In this document: positions 36,111 through 47,857 of the stretch, piece after piece | Numbering within the stretch: position 1 is the stretch's first letter | Layout of the letters: each line of letters begins with the position of its first letter | NCBI RefSeq assembly: GCF_001194135.2 | Contig: NC_068989.1 | Location: 14,697,043-14,744,899 of the forward strand | Source of the DNA: Octopus bimaculoides | Taxonomy: Eukaryota | Length of the DNA stretch: 47,857 bases | Direction of reading: 5' to 3' | Position numbers and translations under genes: made by a program | Notes under the pieces: model-generated | The model's input: only the letters and a program-made list of their open reading frames with translations | The model's database searches: none | What the model was told of the DNA's origin: nothing

Positions 36111-37149
36111 TCCAACTAATATATAAGAGAAAGAGACGGTTCCTCTTCATGGTCATAACATGCTAGAAATATGCACCAAGTTTCCCTATTGTCTTAAGGA
36201 AGAACATCCTGGGTAATATGAATAAATCCTTAGATACGTGAATCATTAGGATTTCAAGTCTCCTTCACATCATTGAAATTTATTCAAATTTCTGAATATC
36301 AGAATCTGATTTTTGTTGATGCAGCTCTCCACTAGTTATCTTGAAATCTGGTTTATACATGCTAGATGCACAATTTCTGAAGACAAGAAATAAAAACGAT
36401 GAGCTTGTCATGGCTGGAACATCTTTGATCATAGCTCTGCTTAATAGAAAGCTGACCTGGGGCTAAAGAATTGCAATCACAATGTTGGACAATGCATAAA
36501 TTCTATAAATCAGTTTTGTTTGTCTCAGATGTTCACACAGAACTTTGAATTATGCTTTAGGCAAGGAACAGCTTATCCCCTTCCCAATTGATGAGACAGC
36601 TCAAAGGAAGAACACCTAGGCTGATAGAACACCAAATGAGCTTTGGGATCAGCACATAGTTCTAATAGCCAACTGTTCTTTGTTAGAGATAGAGGACTAG
36701 CATTAGGAAGGGCATCCAACTGTAGAAACCATGCCTAGGCTGACATTGGGGCCTGACATAGCTCTGCATCAAACCATCCGGTGCATCCCAGCATGGAAAA
36801 TGGGCATTAATTGATAAAGACTAGAATGTATCCAGTACATTTTGTGATGTGGTTGGCAATATTGAGGATGTGTAGCCATAGAAGCCACACAGCATATGAG
36901 TGAAACATGGTTCTCAGCCCTTTTAGGAAGGTAGTAACTTCAAATGTGATCTGATTTGGATTGGTCTCTCCATTCCATGCCAGCATAGAAGAGCACACAA
37001 AAAGGATGATGGTGGTGGGTCTTAAATACTGACCATTTGATGATTTTGGCTGGTTGGAGAGTTGTAATTTATGCACATATCCTCTGGTTGTTCTTTTTAC
37101 AACAAACTAGCAGAGATACCCGGCCTTGCTCGGGATGAAAATGGCATAG

Positions 37150-37245
37150 ATTTTTATTGCTTGACTTGTTTCAGTCATGTGACTGCGGCCATGGTGGAGC
37201 ACCGCCGTTGGTCGAAGAAATCAACCACAGGATTTATTCTTTGTA
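37150..37245 (-). mobile_element. Family A SINE tail fragment (antisense)
   Basis: TTGTTTCAGTCATGTGACTGCGGCCATGGTGGAGCACCGCC..GATTTATTCTTTGTAAGC. Confidence 0.75.
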
Positions 37246-37835
37246 AGCATAGTAACATTGTTTACAAAATAACCCAGTAAAAAAACGATATTGAAAAAAT
37301 CTGTTGTGTTTCTCTCTCTCTCTATCTGTTTACAGCGTAGGTAGAAGGGGACTGAACTCATGTTTGCAAATAATGGCGATTTGAAAATTGTTAGAATTGA
37401 TGGTTTAAAATTATTTTTAATGCAAAAATTGAAGTGTTAGGAAGCAACCAAAAAAAAAAATGGCTGATTCCGGGCATTTTCGACCATGAGGAATCCATTG
37501 GTGCGACTCGTGGATTTCTATAGATGCAACACTCACAAACTGAGCTATACAATAGTTATTAGATAGATATAGATGACGCTGTAAAATGTATTTCATTACA
37601 TTTGGTGTCCTGAGAGAAAGAGCTTTCATCTTGAAATCTTAACTAGGGCAAGCCAGTAAAAAAGCCTCTGTAGGGTTGCTCAACCCACTGAAAACAGCAT
37701 TGAAATATCCTTCAGATCACACCCTACTATTTGATAGTTCCTGATTATAGAAAGACCGGATAATCACTGCTAGGTCTGACCCACAAATAAAGAACATCAT
37801 CAGTAACAATGGGGCCAACAGAAAGTGTTTTAGAT

Positions 37836-38150
37836 CAGGGCTGGCCAACCTGAGGCCCACAGGCCGCATGCAGCCCACAGACTTTTATCTTGCAGCCTGC
37901 TTGATTCTTTCTTGAAATGGGTTTATTTAAACAAACATTCTAAAAATTTTATCAAAAATTAAAGATTGTAATGAAAAGTAAAACAGAAAGATTCTACTGT
38001 TTTATGTTGAATCAACGGTCATTCATTCATTATTGTAATAACAGCATGAGAAAGGAAAATGCTTTCAATTCTGTCAATATACAAATGGCCCTCAAAAAAC
38101 TTTCTGTGATTAAAAGTGGCCCATAATGTGATTTGAGTTAGCCAGGCCTG
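37836..38150 (-). mobile_element. hAT (Charlie-like) MITE, inverted homolog of 221-512
   Basis: TIRs CAGGGCTGGCCAAC / GTTAGCCAGGCCTG; flanks TTTTAGAT/GTCTAGAT (6/8 match). Confidence 0.8.
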
Positions 38151-38722
38151 GTCTAGATAACCAAACAACAATAAGTCATGTTTGTCATAGAATTAGGATG
38201 ACAGCGCATAGTCATAAGCTTGAAATTTGCTTAGAGCCATTATTATTAGTCCTGTGATAAGCCATGTAAATCCACATGCCTCAGTTTGACTGGCTGACAA
38301 AAGAAATTCTGTAACCACAGCAACAGCACACTCAAACACCATCCCTTCTGAACAATACAATGAAATGAACATAAAAGACCACCAATACCAAAAATAAAAA
38401 GTATTGACAGATTCCAAATAGGATACAGTTTTGTTTGGGGGACATCTAGGTGAGAACTGGCAAACAGTCCATTCATATTCAAATAACAATAATATTTATG
38501 CTGCTTTTTACATCTCAGTAATTCCCATCTCTACATACTATATACACCAAGAATTAGCTCATTATCACACTTCACATTTCAGTCTCTCTCTACTCATAAC
38601 TTATTTGATATTCTTTCAATTACATGATTGATTCGTTATTAAAATTAATTAACAGCTTTGTAAAATTCATATTCGTATTTCTAATTTTAAAATCATTAAT
38701 TTTTCTCTCATTTTTTTCCCAA

Positions 38723-38731
<9 letters not shown>

Positions 38732-38763
<32 letters not shown>

Positions 38764-38774
38764 CTTTCTTCTAG
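38732..38774 (+). promoter_or_regulatory. Polypyrimidine tract and 3' splice acceptor of the terminal exon
   Basis: T32 followed by CTTTCTTCTAG. Confidence 0.85.
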
Positions 38775-38873
38775 AAATCTTTAAGTACCGAGGAATTAAC
38801 AGCAGAGATGGCAAATTTGGAGGGCCTGATGAAAGATTTAAATGCCATAACCCAACAGGAATTCGAATGCTGA
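38775..38873 (+). CDS. DCC/NEO1/fra: Terminal coding exon of DCC/neogenin/frazzled: KSLSTEELTAEMANLEGLMKDLNAITQQEFEC* (P3 motif)
   Basis: 99 nt, phase 0, TGA at 38871-38873. EMANLEGLMKDL.AIT is the diagnostic P3 motif of this family, and the EFEC end matches Drosophila Frazzled as recalled. Confidence 0.93.
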   Translation, partial: KSLSTEELTAEMANLEGLMKDLNAITQQEFEC

Positions 38874-41800
38874 ACTCTTCATTAGGCCTGACACATCCTT
38901 CATGCAGACATTCTGATGGGGACTAAACCCTCACGTTGCCCTAAGCTCTGCCAGGCACTGTTCAGGACAAACAACCCAACTGGCTAATGCAGTCTTTCTT
39001 TCCTCATCTGTACATAAAGTCGGCTAGCTATCCCGCTCCACCACCACTCTGTCATTGTCACCTCTTATTCTATCACCCTTTCTTTTCCTCTCTCTCTCTC
39101 TCTTCCTTATTCCCCCCTCTTTCTCATTGCTGTCTATTAGCCAGATACTCAACAGAGCTGTGAGCTGGGCTGAGCATGTCCTACAAATTTATCTCCACCA
39201 AAAAGTTTTCAAAAACGGTTGGAGAAAAATTTCAGGTGCGGACTTGAAGAAGTCATCTTTCTTTCTTTCCTCCCTTCTCTCTCTCCTCCCCACTCTTTCT
39301 ATCTTCCCCCACCTCCCTCTCTCTCTCTCTCCTGTTCTTTGTCATCTTTTTATTTAAGAAAATGAAAATAAAGAGAAATATCGAAGATTTCAAAGAAAGG
39401 AAGAAGAAGAAAAAAGGAACAAAAACTTGTTGACTGTTTAAATTTTAAACAAATATCACACATACACACGTGCTGACATGCCCTTCTATACACAGAGTAT
39501 GTGCATGTATATATATACGCGTGTGTGTGTGTATATATATATACATGTGTGTATTTGTATGTATATATATACATATACACGTGCATATAAATATATATAT
39601 ATATACTCACAAACACATACATACATACTTATACACATATGCTTAACTGTGTGTGTGTATATAAAATCTTTTGTGAATTGGAAATTTCAGTGTGCTGGAA
39701 ATTTTTTTGTGGAAGTGAAAGCCCCAAGACTAAACATTTAAAAGAAGAAAAAAAAATAATAAAATACAAGGTTTTTTTTTTTTCTTAGATTGGGCAAATA
39801 TGATGCTGTAATTAACACTAATGAGCTCAACTTCTTTGTTTCACACCCATACACACACATACATACAAATACACAGTTGTGAAGTAAAGGGAGAACAAAA
39901 GTGACTCTTATCATGCAATATGCCTCTTTACAATTAATTTTAACTCTTCATTTTTTTTTTTTTAAATAACTTCCATAAACAGTATTTCTTTAACTCCTGT
40001 GTGTTTCGTTTTTTGCTTTTTATTTTTAATTTAATTTTTTTTTTAATCAAGTCATTCGAACCTTATTTTAGTCCTTTCTGTATTTCTACACCCACCTCTC
40101 CACCCCTCTTTTTTTTTTTTTTGATATCTCTTCCAAATATCGAATGTCTGACAAGAAAATGCATTTGTTTGTGAATACATCTTAGTTAGTTTACGACCAT
40201 ATAAAAACATCACGACATAGCCTAACACGACTCTCTCTTTTAATTCATTAATGTGTCTTCATGATTCTCATTCAAATTAAAATTAAGTGAATTGAGAATC
40301 CCTACCCCCTCTTTTCCCACCTCTTCCTCCACCTCAGCCAAATACACAAATCCATATGTAATTAACTACATACTTGCAGCTTTATTTTAATACCATATTC
40401 TTGTGGTTTCTAATATAAAAAGGCAAACAAATAATTTTGAAATAATTTCTAAACTGGGACTGGTTCGAAGAAAAGGTAAAAAATATTGTGTGTGTATGTA
40501 TGAGGTGCGGTTTATTATGTAACTATATATATAAAATCTTAGTGTTACCAATCCCTGTTATGTATTTATAGGACTTACAGTATCTTCTTTTTCTCCCAGT
40601 TCTGTACCAGGGGTTTCACCTGATTTCATATCTCCCTTCTATTCCCCTAATATCTTCCTTTCCGTTGTTAACCTACTGTCATAACTGTGTGAGATCTATT
40701 TTATCACATTATCTATCTAAATTCTCATTAAAAAAAATTCTTCTATTTTTTCAACACCAAATCTTGCTCTGTTGGTCTACCATAAATTTCTTTATGCTAC
40801 CTTCAGTTTCTCCATCAAAGTTTTTTTTTTTTAAACATTTATTTTATGGTAAGATTTATCAGTACTTATCACCCAGCTAACTCCATTGATTTCTTCATTA
40901 AACTACCCCGTGAAACCTCTTATTTTGTATCTAAAAATTTTTTTTTTTTTTAAAGCAGGGGCATTTGACTGTAGTTGGTGTCTCACACACAAACATTTGC
41001 ACACATATACCTGAAAATACTTTTAAGACAATTTCGAAACCAAGAAAATATAAAACCAAAAATAATAATAAATATATACATAAATAAAATACANNNNNNN
41101 NNNNNNNNNNNNNNNNNNNNNNNNNNNNNNNNNNNNNNNNNNNNNNNNNNNNNNNNNNNNNNNNNNNNNNNNNNNNNNNNNNNNNNNNNNNNNNNNNNNN
41201 NNNNNNNNNNNNNNNNNNNNNNNNNNNNNNNNNNNNNNNNNNNNNNNNNNNNNNNNNNNNNNNNNNNNNNNNNNNNNNNNNNNNNNNNNNNNNNNNNNNN
41301 NNNNNNNNNNNNNNNNNNNNNNNNNNNNNNNNNNNNNNNNNNNNNNNNNNNNNNNNNNNNNNNNNNNNNNNNNNNNNNNNNNNNNNNNNNNNNTGTTTTT
41401 GTTTTTTATATATATTTATAAGGGGGTGATGCTGCTTTTGTATTCCTTCCATTTTAACCCTAAATTAAATTAAAATTCTTTCTTCATAATAGAACCTCCT
41501 TACATTTAATTTAAAAATTTTGTACATGTATAACACATTTCATTCTGTTCTAGAAGTTCTAAAAAAAAATTTTAACTGTCCTCACTATAATGGCAACATA
41601 AATATACGGACAATGGAACCTTCTGGATATTGTTTTTGTTCATCTAATTCATCCTTTCATTATTTTAATTTTATTTCTTGAACAACTTTAAGTAATGAAC
41701 AAAAAAAAAAAAATAACAAATAACATCATTTTGGAAACAAGATCAAAGTAATTCTTTTGTATAAAACAATTTTTCAATCTTGATTCAGCTAATCCTTTGA

Positions 41801-41900
41801 GCTATGAAAAAATATTTATGACATAAAGAACAAGAGTTATGAAATTAAATTTTTGCTGACTTTTTAAAAAATTTTATTTCATCTTTAATTTTACTTTCGT
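38874..41900 (+). other. Probable 3' UTR (extent unknown)
   Basis: Follows the stop codon; about 3 kb without a recognisable interspersed repeat. Several AATAAA are present, so the true poly(A) site cannot be assigned. Confidence 0.4.
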
Positions 41901-42252
41901 GTGTGCGTGCATGACTAGCATTTTCCTGTTATTTACCATTTAGTTGCTTACTATAATTGAAAAATCTTCTATCTATGATTTAATTGGAATTTCACAGAAA
42001 CCTATATTTCATTGAATAAAAAAACTGGAAAAAACTAAAAATGATAAAATATGAGAAATAATTTAATCCTTTACCTATCCAAAGCGTTTCCATAAATTTC
42101 TCCTGAACATCCATACTTGTTTTCAGACTTTTAGTTAGTATGTTCTCAGTAATATACAGCTTTCCTCTCATAAATCCCAATTTACTCCTCCTGGTGGTTG
42201 AAAAAAATTGGGAATGTGTATCATGTGTCCTGCGCATCACATGATGCGCAGA

Positions 42253-42626
42253 GTTGTTGGCACTCCGTCGCTTACGATGTCGAGTGTTCCAGTTGATCCG
42301 ATCAACGGAACAGCCTGCTTGTGAAATTAACGTGCAAGTGGCTGAGCACTCCACAGACACGTGTACCCTTAATGTAGTTCTCGGGGGAATATTCAGTGTG
42401 ACAAGGCTGACCCTTTGAATTACAGGCACAACAGAAACAGGAAGTAAGAGTGAGAGAAAGTTGTGGTGAAAGAGTACAGCAGGGTTCGCCACCATCCCCT
42501 GCCGGATCCTCGTGGAGTTTTAGGTGTTTTCGCTCAATAAACACTCACAACGCCCGGTCAGGGAATCGAAACCGCGAGCCTATGACTGCGAGTCCGCTGC
42601 CCTAACCACTGGGCCATTGCACCTCC
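42253..42626 (-). mobile_element. Full-length family C tRNA-derived SINE with 13-bp TSD
   Basis: Reverse complement of the 3041-3409 type. TSD ATGATGCGCAGAG (42241-42253) / ACGATGCACAGAG (42627-42639); both mismatches are CpG-type. Confidence 0.9.
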
Positions 42627-45607
42627 ACGATGCACAGAGTAGGTAAAGGGTTAAGCTAAATGAATATTACAGACTACAAGTAACTAAAAAGGTGTAGTGT
42701 TTTAGTATTTTGGGGTACTCTAGCGCTAGCTTGATCAACAATAGTACCAAGCTCTGATATAGCTATTGTGTTGTGAACATAAGCAAATATTACACTTCTT
42801 AGATCAGCTGCTTCTGCAGAAGTGGTAGATATTACATGGTGCTCCTTAAAGTGAAATAGTGGCTATAAGAAAAAGTAGACAGCTGGAAAATCCTTGCTTT
42901 TGCAATTTGCATTAATATCTAAACATGCTAAAGCCATCTAAGTCATGCTTTCTTGAAAAACTTTCTCTTTCTTTAAAATCTATAATTTGTATTAACCAAC
43001 TCACTGACAAGGATGAAGACAACATGATGATAATATTATCATTATGGTTTGTATTGTGTTACAGCTGGCATGTTCTGAGATTAAGAGCATCATGACTACT
43101 TACCTGAATCTGCTTCTGTAGAAATCGGGTACCAATCTTATTCATCCGGAGAAGTTTGTCTCTCATCAGGTAACACATATATTTACTGATGATTTAAGAT
43201 TTATCTGGAATAGATATGAATAGTTTTATTACTGACCTTACCAGAGAGATAAATGGGCTGGAATATTCTACTACCATAGAGAACCAAGCAATAAATCGAT
43301 TGCAAAATAATTAACTGTAATGCAGAAGTACCTCGTATCATTTTCCATCAAGAGAAGTTTTAAGTTCATCTAATTGATCCCGAATGAAATGAGAGTTAAC
43401 AATGTCTCCAAGACAATTATTAAACATGCCTTAAACAGTTTGAATCTCTGCCATTGTAACTGCCACAAAATAACAACTAGTTATGATGCTAGCAACAGAA
43501 CCTTACTGATTGCCTTTAGCAAGCATGTTTCTCATTGACATTTTCCTATTTTTCAGTGTGTGTATGTATTTCTGTTCCAGTCTGCTATTTTCTTTTAAAG
43601 TTTTATCCACACCACATACATCTTTCAATACACACAAACACACTTGCTTCATTGAAAACCTACCACAAACATATTCACCACAGACACACACACATACACT
43701 CACATAATATACTACTTCACATGTACACCACACAAACCATTCATTATACATTGCACAACCAGAGCTGAATACTGCCATCTAATTACCAAGCAAAATTAAT
43801 AGTCATTAACAGTAGATGTAGGTTTGAGTCTTATCATTTTAATAGTTTCTAAAGGTTTTTTAAAAAAAATATTTTGTTATTCATAAAACTTTCAGAAAAT
43901 GTTTTATCTTATTTTTAAATTTTAAATTCAACCTATATTATGTAGTTAACAACAAGTAATTTTAATATTGACTGATGCAGGTTTTTGTCTGTTTGAACCT
44001 AACTGTGATTAACATGGCAGCGTTATTTAATACCACTCAATTTCATAAGTGGTTGGCATCTCTTAACTGAGGCCAACTAAACTGCAGTTGCATTGCATAA
44101 AGTTGAATTTTTGTATTAAAGAGATAATTCAAACTTGCAGACACATTCATGTTGGATAAGAAAGTAATAAAACCTTGTCACAAGGTTTTGGAGAAACAGT
44201 TAACATGTAGTTAATGGGGTTTTTGTCGAAGTTTGTAAATCTAACACTGACATTGTGTAGTGTTTCATGAAATACACTACCAAAATATTTTCATTTGAAA
44301 AATAATATCACAGACACTTCACAGTTGTGTAGTTAGCAGCGAGGTGAATATGTATTTATTTAGTTAACCATTTATATATCTACTCAATCCCCATTAGCTG
44401 ACAGATTGCAGACCAGATTTTGTGTTGTCTATCACAGGAACAATGCAAACTTGCAAATATTAAATGACGTGGTGATGTAGGATAACAATAGTGGCTGCTC
44501 TAGGGTGTCTGTTGTGTGTTCAAAGAGGTCGTACAAAACATGTTGATTTATTAGGCTCCAGTTCAGATTATAACTATTTTTATTTAAGCCACTGTAAAGA
44601 TTTATGGAGGTTTTTCTTCTGTTTTGTCGAATAGATGATGTTTGTAATCCTTCAGCAAATTGTATTTATGAAACCTGATGTTAAGAAGTAATCATTGTCA
44701 TCAAAGCAGGGTATGGAAAAAAAAAAATTGGTTTGGGGACAAACAAAAATGTCATGTGGTGTTTAGTTAGATCCCTTTCTGTTCTGGTTTCAAATTTTGC
44801 CAGAGTTGCCTTTGTTTTTTTCTCATCCTGGGAATCAATAAAAACAAGTATATCTATCCTCGTTTATCACAGGAGTTTTGTCCCCCCCAAAAAATCACAT
44901 TGATAAATGAGTCATCTCCATGCCCTTTGTAAATGGGATGAATGGTAGATTCATTGACACCAAACTCGTGGCCCCAAAGCAGAGAAGCTTCCACCTTCAT
45001 GTATTTTCTTCATCATCTCTACTTTTTCCTGTAGAGAATACACTCATCTGTGTTATTTGTAAGGATCAGATGCCTTCATATTTTTTATTTCCTGTTCACT
45101 AATCTCATGTTGATTGGAATGAGTACATAAATCCCCCAAAAAGTAAATAATACTCTGCTTCACGGCATGGTCATGTAAACATAAGCGATAGTGCATTCTG
45201 GGTAACTAAACATTGTGGGCAAATGCCAGAGCTTGCTTTTGCAGTACAAACAGTATTTTCAACAGATCACTGACCCGTGTTATCACATATCAATCCATGA
45301 TAAGCGTAATGTGGTTCACAATTGAGCCGGCTGAGCTACCCTCAATCAGTGATGAATAAATTGATGACACTTGAGGTTCCATGTACTGGTATTTATTTAA
45401 TCAACGACACCCCACTCCTAAAAACATGTGGTGTTGTATTTAAGTTAGAAATTGTTATCACTATTATTATTGTTGATTGGTCCCCAGTCATGTGGCTAAG
45501 TGGTTAAGGTGCTGAAATTGTCCATTTATCATAGCTTTAAAACCATCTCCCAGACAAATTGTACTGCAATGTGTGTATGTGCATGTATATATATATATAT
45601 ATATATA

Positions 45608-45870
45608 AGGTTATGAAGGGTATTGGATTCAACCAAACCCAAAGATATAGGTAATACTGAGTAAGTGGTGTATAGCGGCTAGTTTTGCCCCTTTCGTTGT
45701 ATAAACATGAGTGGGGATTATAACATAGGTCGTGTATTAGCCTGTGTATGTATAAAGAGAGTAAAGGATAATGAGAACAATGGCGAAGTTAGAAATATAG
45801 ACTTTATTAGACTTTATCCATAAAATATATTTCTAACTTTGCCATTGTTCTCATTATCCTTTTCTCCCTT

Positions 45871-45874
<4 letters not shown>
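45608..45874. mobile_element. (TA)n-flanked insert with a terminal 49-bp inverted repeat
   Basis: 45751-45799 versus 45826-45874 match at 46/49 with a 26-nt spacer; TA runs lie on both sides of the insert. Confidence 0.75.
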
Positions 45875-45905
<31 letters not shown>

Positions 45906-46255
45906 AAACAAACATACATGTATGTGTGTGTGTGTACATGTGTATATGTATGTATGTATAATAAATAAAAGCATTACTAGAAATAAAGCCTGAACGAGCT
46001 GTAGAATCATGCAGGCATAGAAATACTGAAAAACGACTAGACTGAGCTGAGAGAAACAATTGAAATAAGCCAATGACATGGATTGTGATGAATGAAGTAT
46101 GTATGGATATATCAAATGATATTTAAAATTTTCCTCTTACTTAGAGAAAGAAAACAAATGCCTAGTGGTATTCATTCATTAGCAAGTCCCAAAGTAAGAG
46201 GCTGCTAAGAGTGGGGGTAATTTCACTGAAATCAGAAATAAAAAGATTTTCATGC

Positions 46256-46462
46256 TTAACTCTTAAGCATTTAGACTGGATATAACAGACCCAAATATTC
46301 TAACTGTTCTATGTTGAAACTGGCCAGATCTGGCCTCTCACACAGACTCTACAATGTCATTCTAAAAATAATCACATTGAAATGTCAATGCCTCAAGATA
46401 ATGCATGCTTAATTCAAAACAATGTCAATAAATAATTTTGCATCTGACTGCTAAAGGATTAA
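46256..46462 (+). mobile_element. TTAA-bounded MITE, family 2
   Basis: TTAACTCTTAAGCAT...TGCTAAAGGATTAA; the body matches 3827-4051. Confidence 0.7.
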
Positions 46463-46842
46463 GAGAAAAATTTGATCTTTGTAAGCAAGAACAATGGCTA
46501 TTTCAGTGTTATTGACTCTCTTCAGCCAAGCATAAATAATTTGGATACATTTGGCCATTATATAACGGTTTAGTTGGATTTTTTACATGTAGAAAAAATG
46601 GGTTACAAAGAATTTTTTAGTAAACACTAAATTTGTGTAATAACCTTATTTCTTCTTTTTTTTTTTTGTACTTTTATATGTAAAAATATCTGATGTTTAT
46701 TGATCAAGCATGTCAGTTGTCTATGCTTCACTGACAAGGTGCTATAACAATGGAGTGTAGTTGTTATTACCGTCTCCATTAACAAAATGTCAAAGATTTT
46801 TCTCTTAGTACTTGCATTCAGATTCTGTAAGACGTAAGGTTT

Positions 46843-47012
46843 GAATAAATTATGCATTACCTTCATAGCTTTGAGGTTCTGATGATGTTTTTGTTTATTT
46901 TTAGAATGACATTGTAGGGAGGTGTAAGAGGCTGGATCTGACCAGTTTGAACATAAAACAGCTAGAATATACAAGCTTGATATTATGGCTGGCTTAAATG
47001 CTACAGGATTAA
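46843..47012 (-). mobile_element. Partial family 2 MITE (antisense)
   Basis: TTTTAGAATGACATTGTAG..GGATCTGACCAGTTTGAAC is the reverse complement of the family 2 body and ends in GGATTAA. Confidence 0.6.
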
Positions 47013-47857
47013 GCATAAGAATTGATTTTTTTTTTTAAATTATTCAATTCTTAATTTATTGAAGTTATCTTCCCTTGCCCTTGTGTGTCGCTAACAAATT
47101 TTGGTAGTTTTTGTTTTCTTTCTCCGATTAAGAAACAAATTTTAAATCATTGAGAATGTTTGGGTGTATTTCATTTAGTAAATATACACATGATTCCTAG
47201 GAAAATTGATATTCGCTATTAAATCACACCAGACTGTTATTGATTTCTTTTTATATCCCTCTCCCCACCTCCAACTCCTCTATATTTTAATTGGATATCT
47301 ATTATGTCTCATTCTTTGAAATTTTGTTTTATGAAATAATATAATAGTAGACTAATGTTTCAGTTACGACAATTTATAAAACTAGTATTAATAAATATAT
47401 TCCCTTCTATCCCTTCCAACATTATCCTTGCCCCTCCCCTCATATCAGACCAAATCCTGAAACTTTGCAATGAGATATGTTTTAATCTTTCTTTCTTTTA
47501 TTTTTCATTTATTTTTATTTTTATCTTATTTAGTTACGTTTTTTGCATCAGTTTTTCTCAAATTAGACTTTTATTTTTTTTCTCTGGATTAGTTCCTACT
47601 TTAAGAATGGATTGTGCCAAAAAAAAAAGAAAACTACAAAAAGGAAAGAAAAAAATTGTTCACTTTTGTTTCTCTCTCTCATCAATTGTTAAAAAAAAAA
47701 AAAACTTTTAATATTGAATGATTTTTGTTAAAAGGGATGGGGGGGGAATGCAAGTATTGTGCAAACTAACAATGTACATACCTACATTTATTCATGCATA
47801 TAATGTGTGTGTGTGTATATACACATTCATATTTATATATACTACATGTTGAGGAAT

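Larger units (their letters stand above)
11532..38774 (+). other. Final intron (27,243 nt including gaps), GT-AG, phase 0
   Basis: GTAAGG at 11532; a T32 tract (38732-38763) followed by CTTTCTTCTAG ends at 38774. An extra exon hidden in a gap cannot be excluded. Confidence 0.75.

Noticed and set aside
38871-38885. Stop-codon readthrough extension
   Set aside because: The context is TGA-A, not the leaky TGA-CTAG, and a TAG follows after three codons.
39009-39016. Pumilio element TGTACATA in the 3' UTR
   Set aside because: This 8-mer type is common by chance in TA/TG-rich sequence; there is no conservation evidence.
1014-41452. Long ORFs in the track (e.g. 1014-2033, 13805-14665, 21825-23064, 26979-28121, 40931-41452)
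   Set aside because: They stay open only because of N-runs and dinucleotide microsatellites; there is no protein signal.
43000-47857. A second gene downstream
   Set aside because: No convincing exon, splice-bounded frame or recognisable peptide on either strand.

Overview
AT-rich, microsatellite-dense eukaryotic DNA with nine N-gaps. The SINE/MITE repertoire resembles octopus (coleoid cephalopod) repeats; this is inferred from recall, not searched. The window holds the last two recognisable coding exons of a DCC/neogenin/frazzled netrin receptor on the + strand. A Pro/Ser-rich exon (11383-11531) is joined across a 27,243-nt GT-AG intron to a terminal exon (38775-38873). The terminal exon encodes the P3 motif STEELTAEMANLEGLMKDLNAITQQEFEC* and is absent from the ORF track. 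The other listed ORFs appear to be artefacts of N-runs, microsatellites, SINEs or chance. The introns contain several tRNA-type SINE families, one of which forms head-to-tail trains joined by (ATT)n. They also contain TTAA-, hAT- and pogo-type MITEs and a LINE relic. Several foldback elements and degenerate hammerhead-ribozyme-like cores suggest Penelope-like retroelement relics. The best leads are a 261-bp whole-element palindrome with hammerhead-like cores in both arms, (TA)n-anchored terminal foldbacks and a candidate 30-nt poison microexon. There is no prokaryotic system, CRISPR array, rRNA or genuine tRNA here. All alignments and identities were done by hand.
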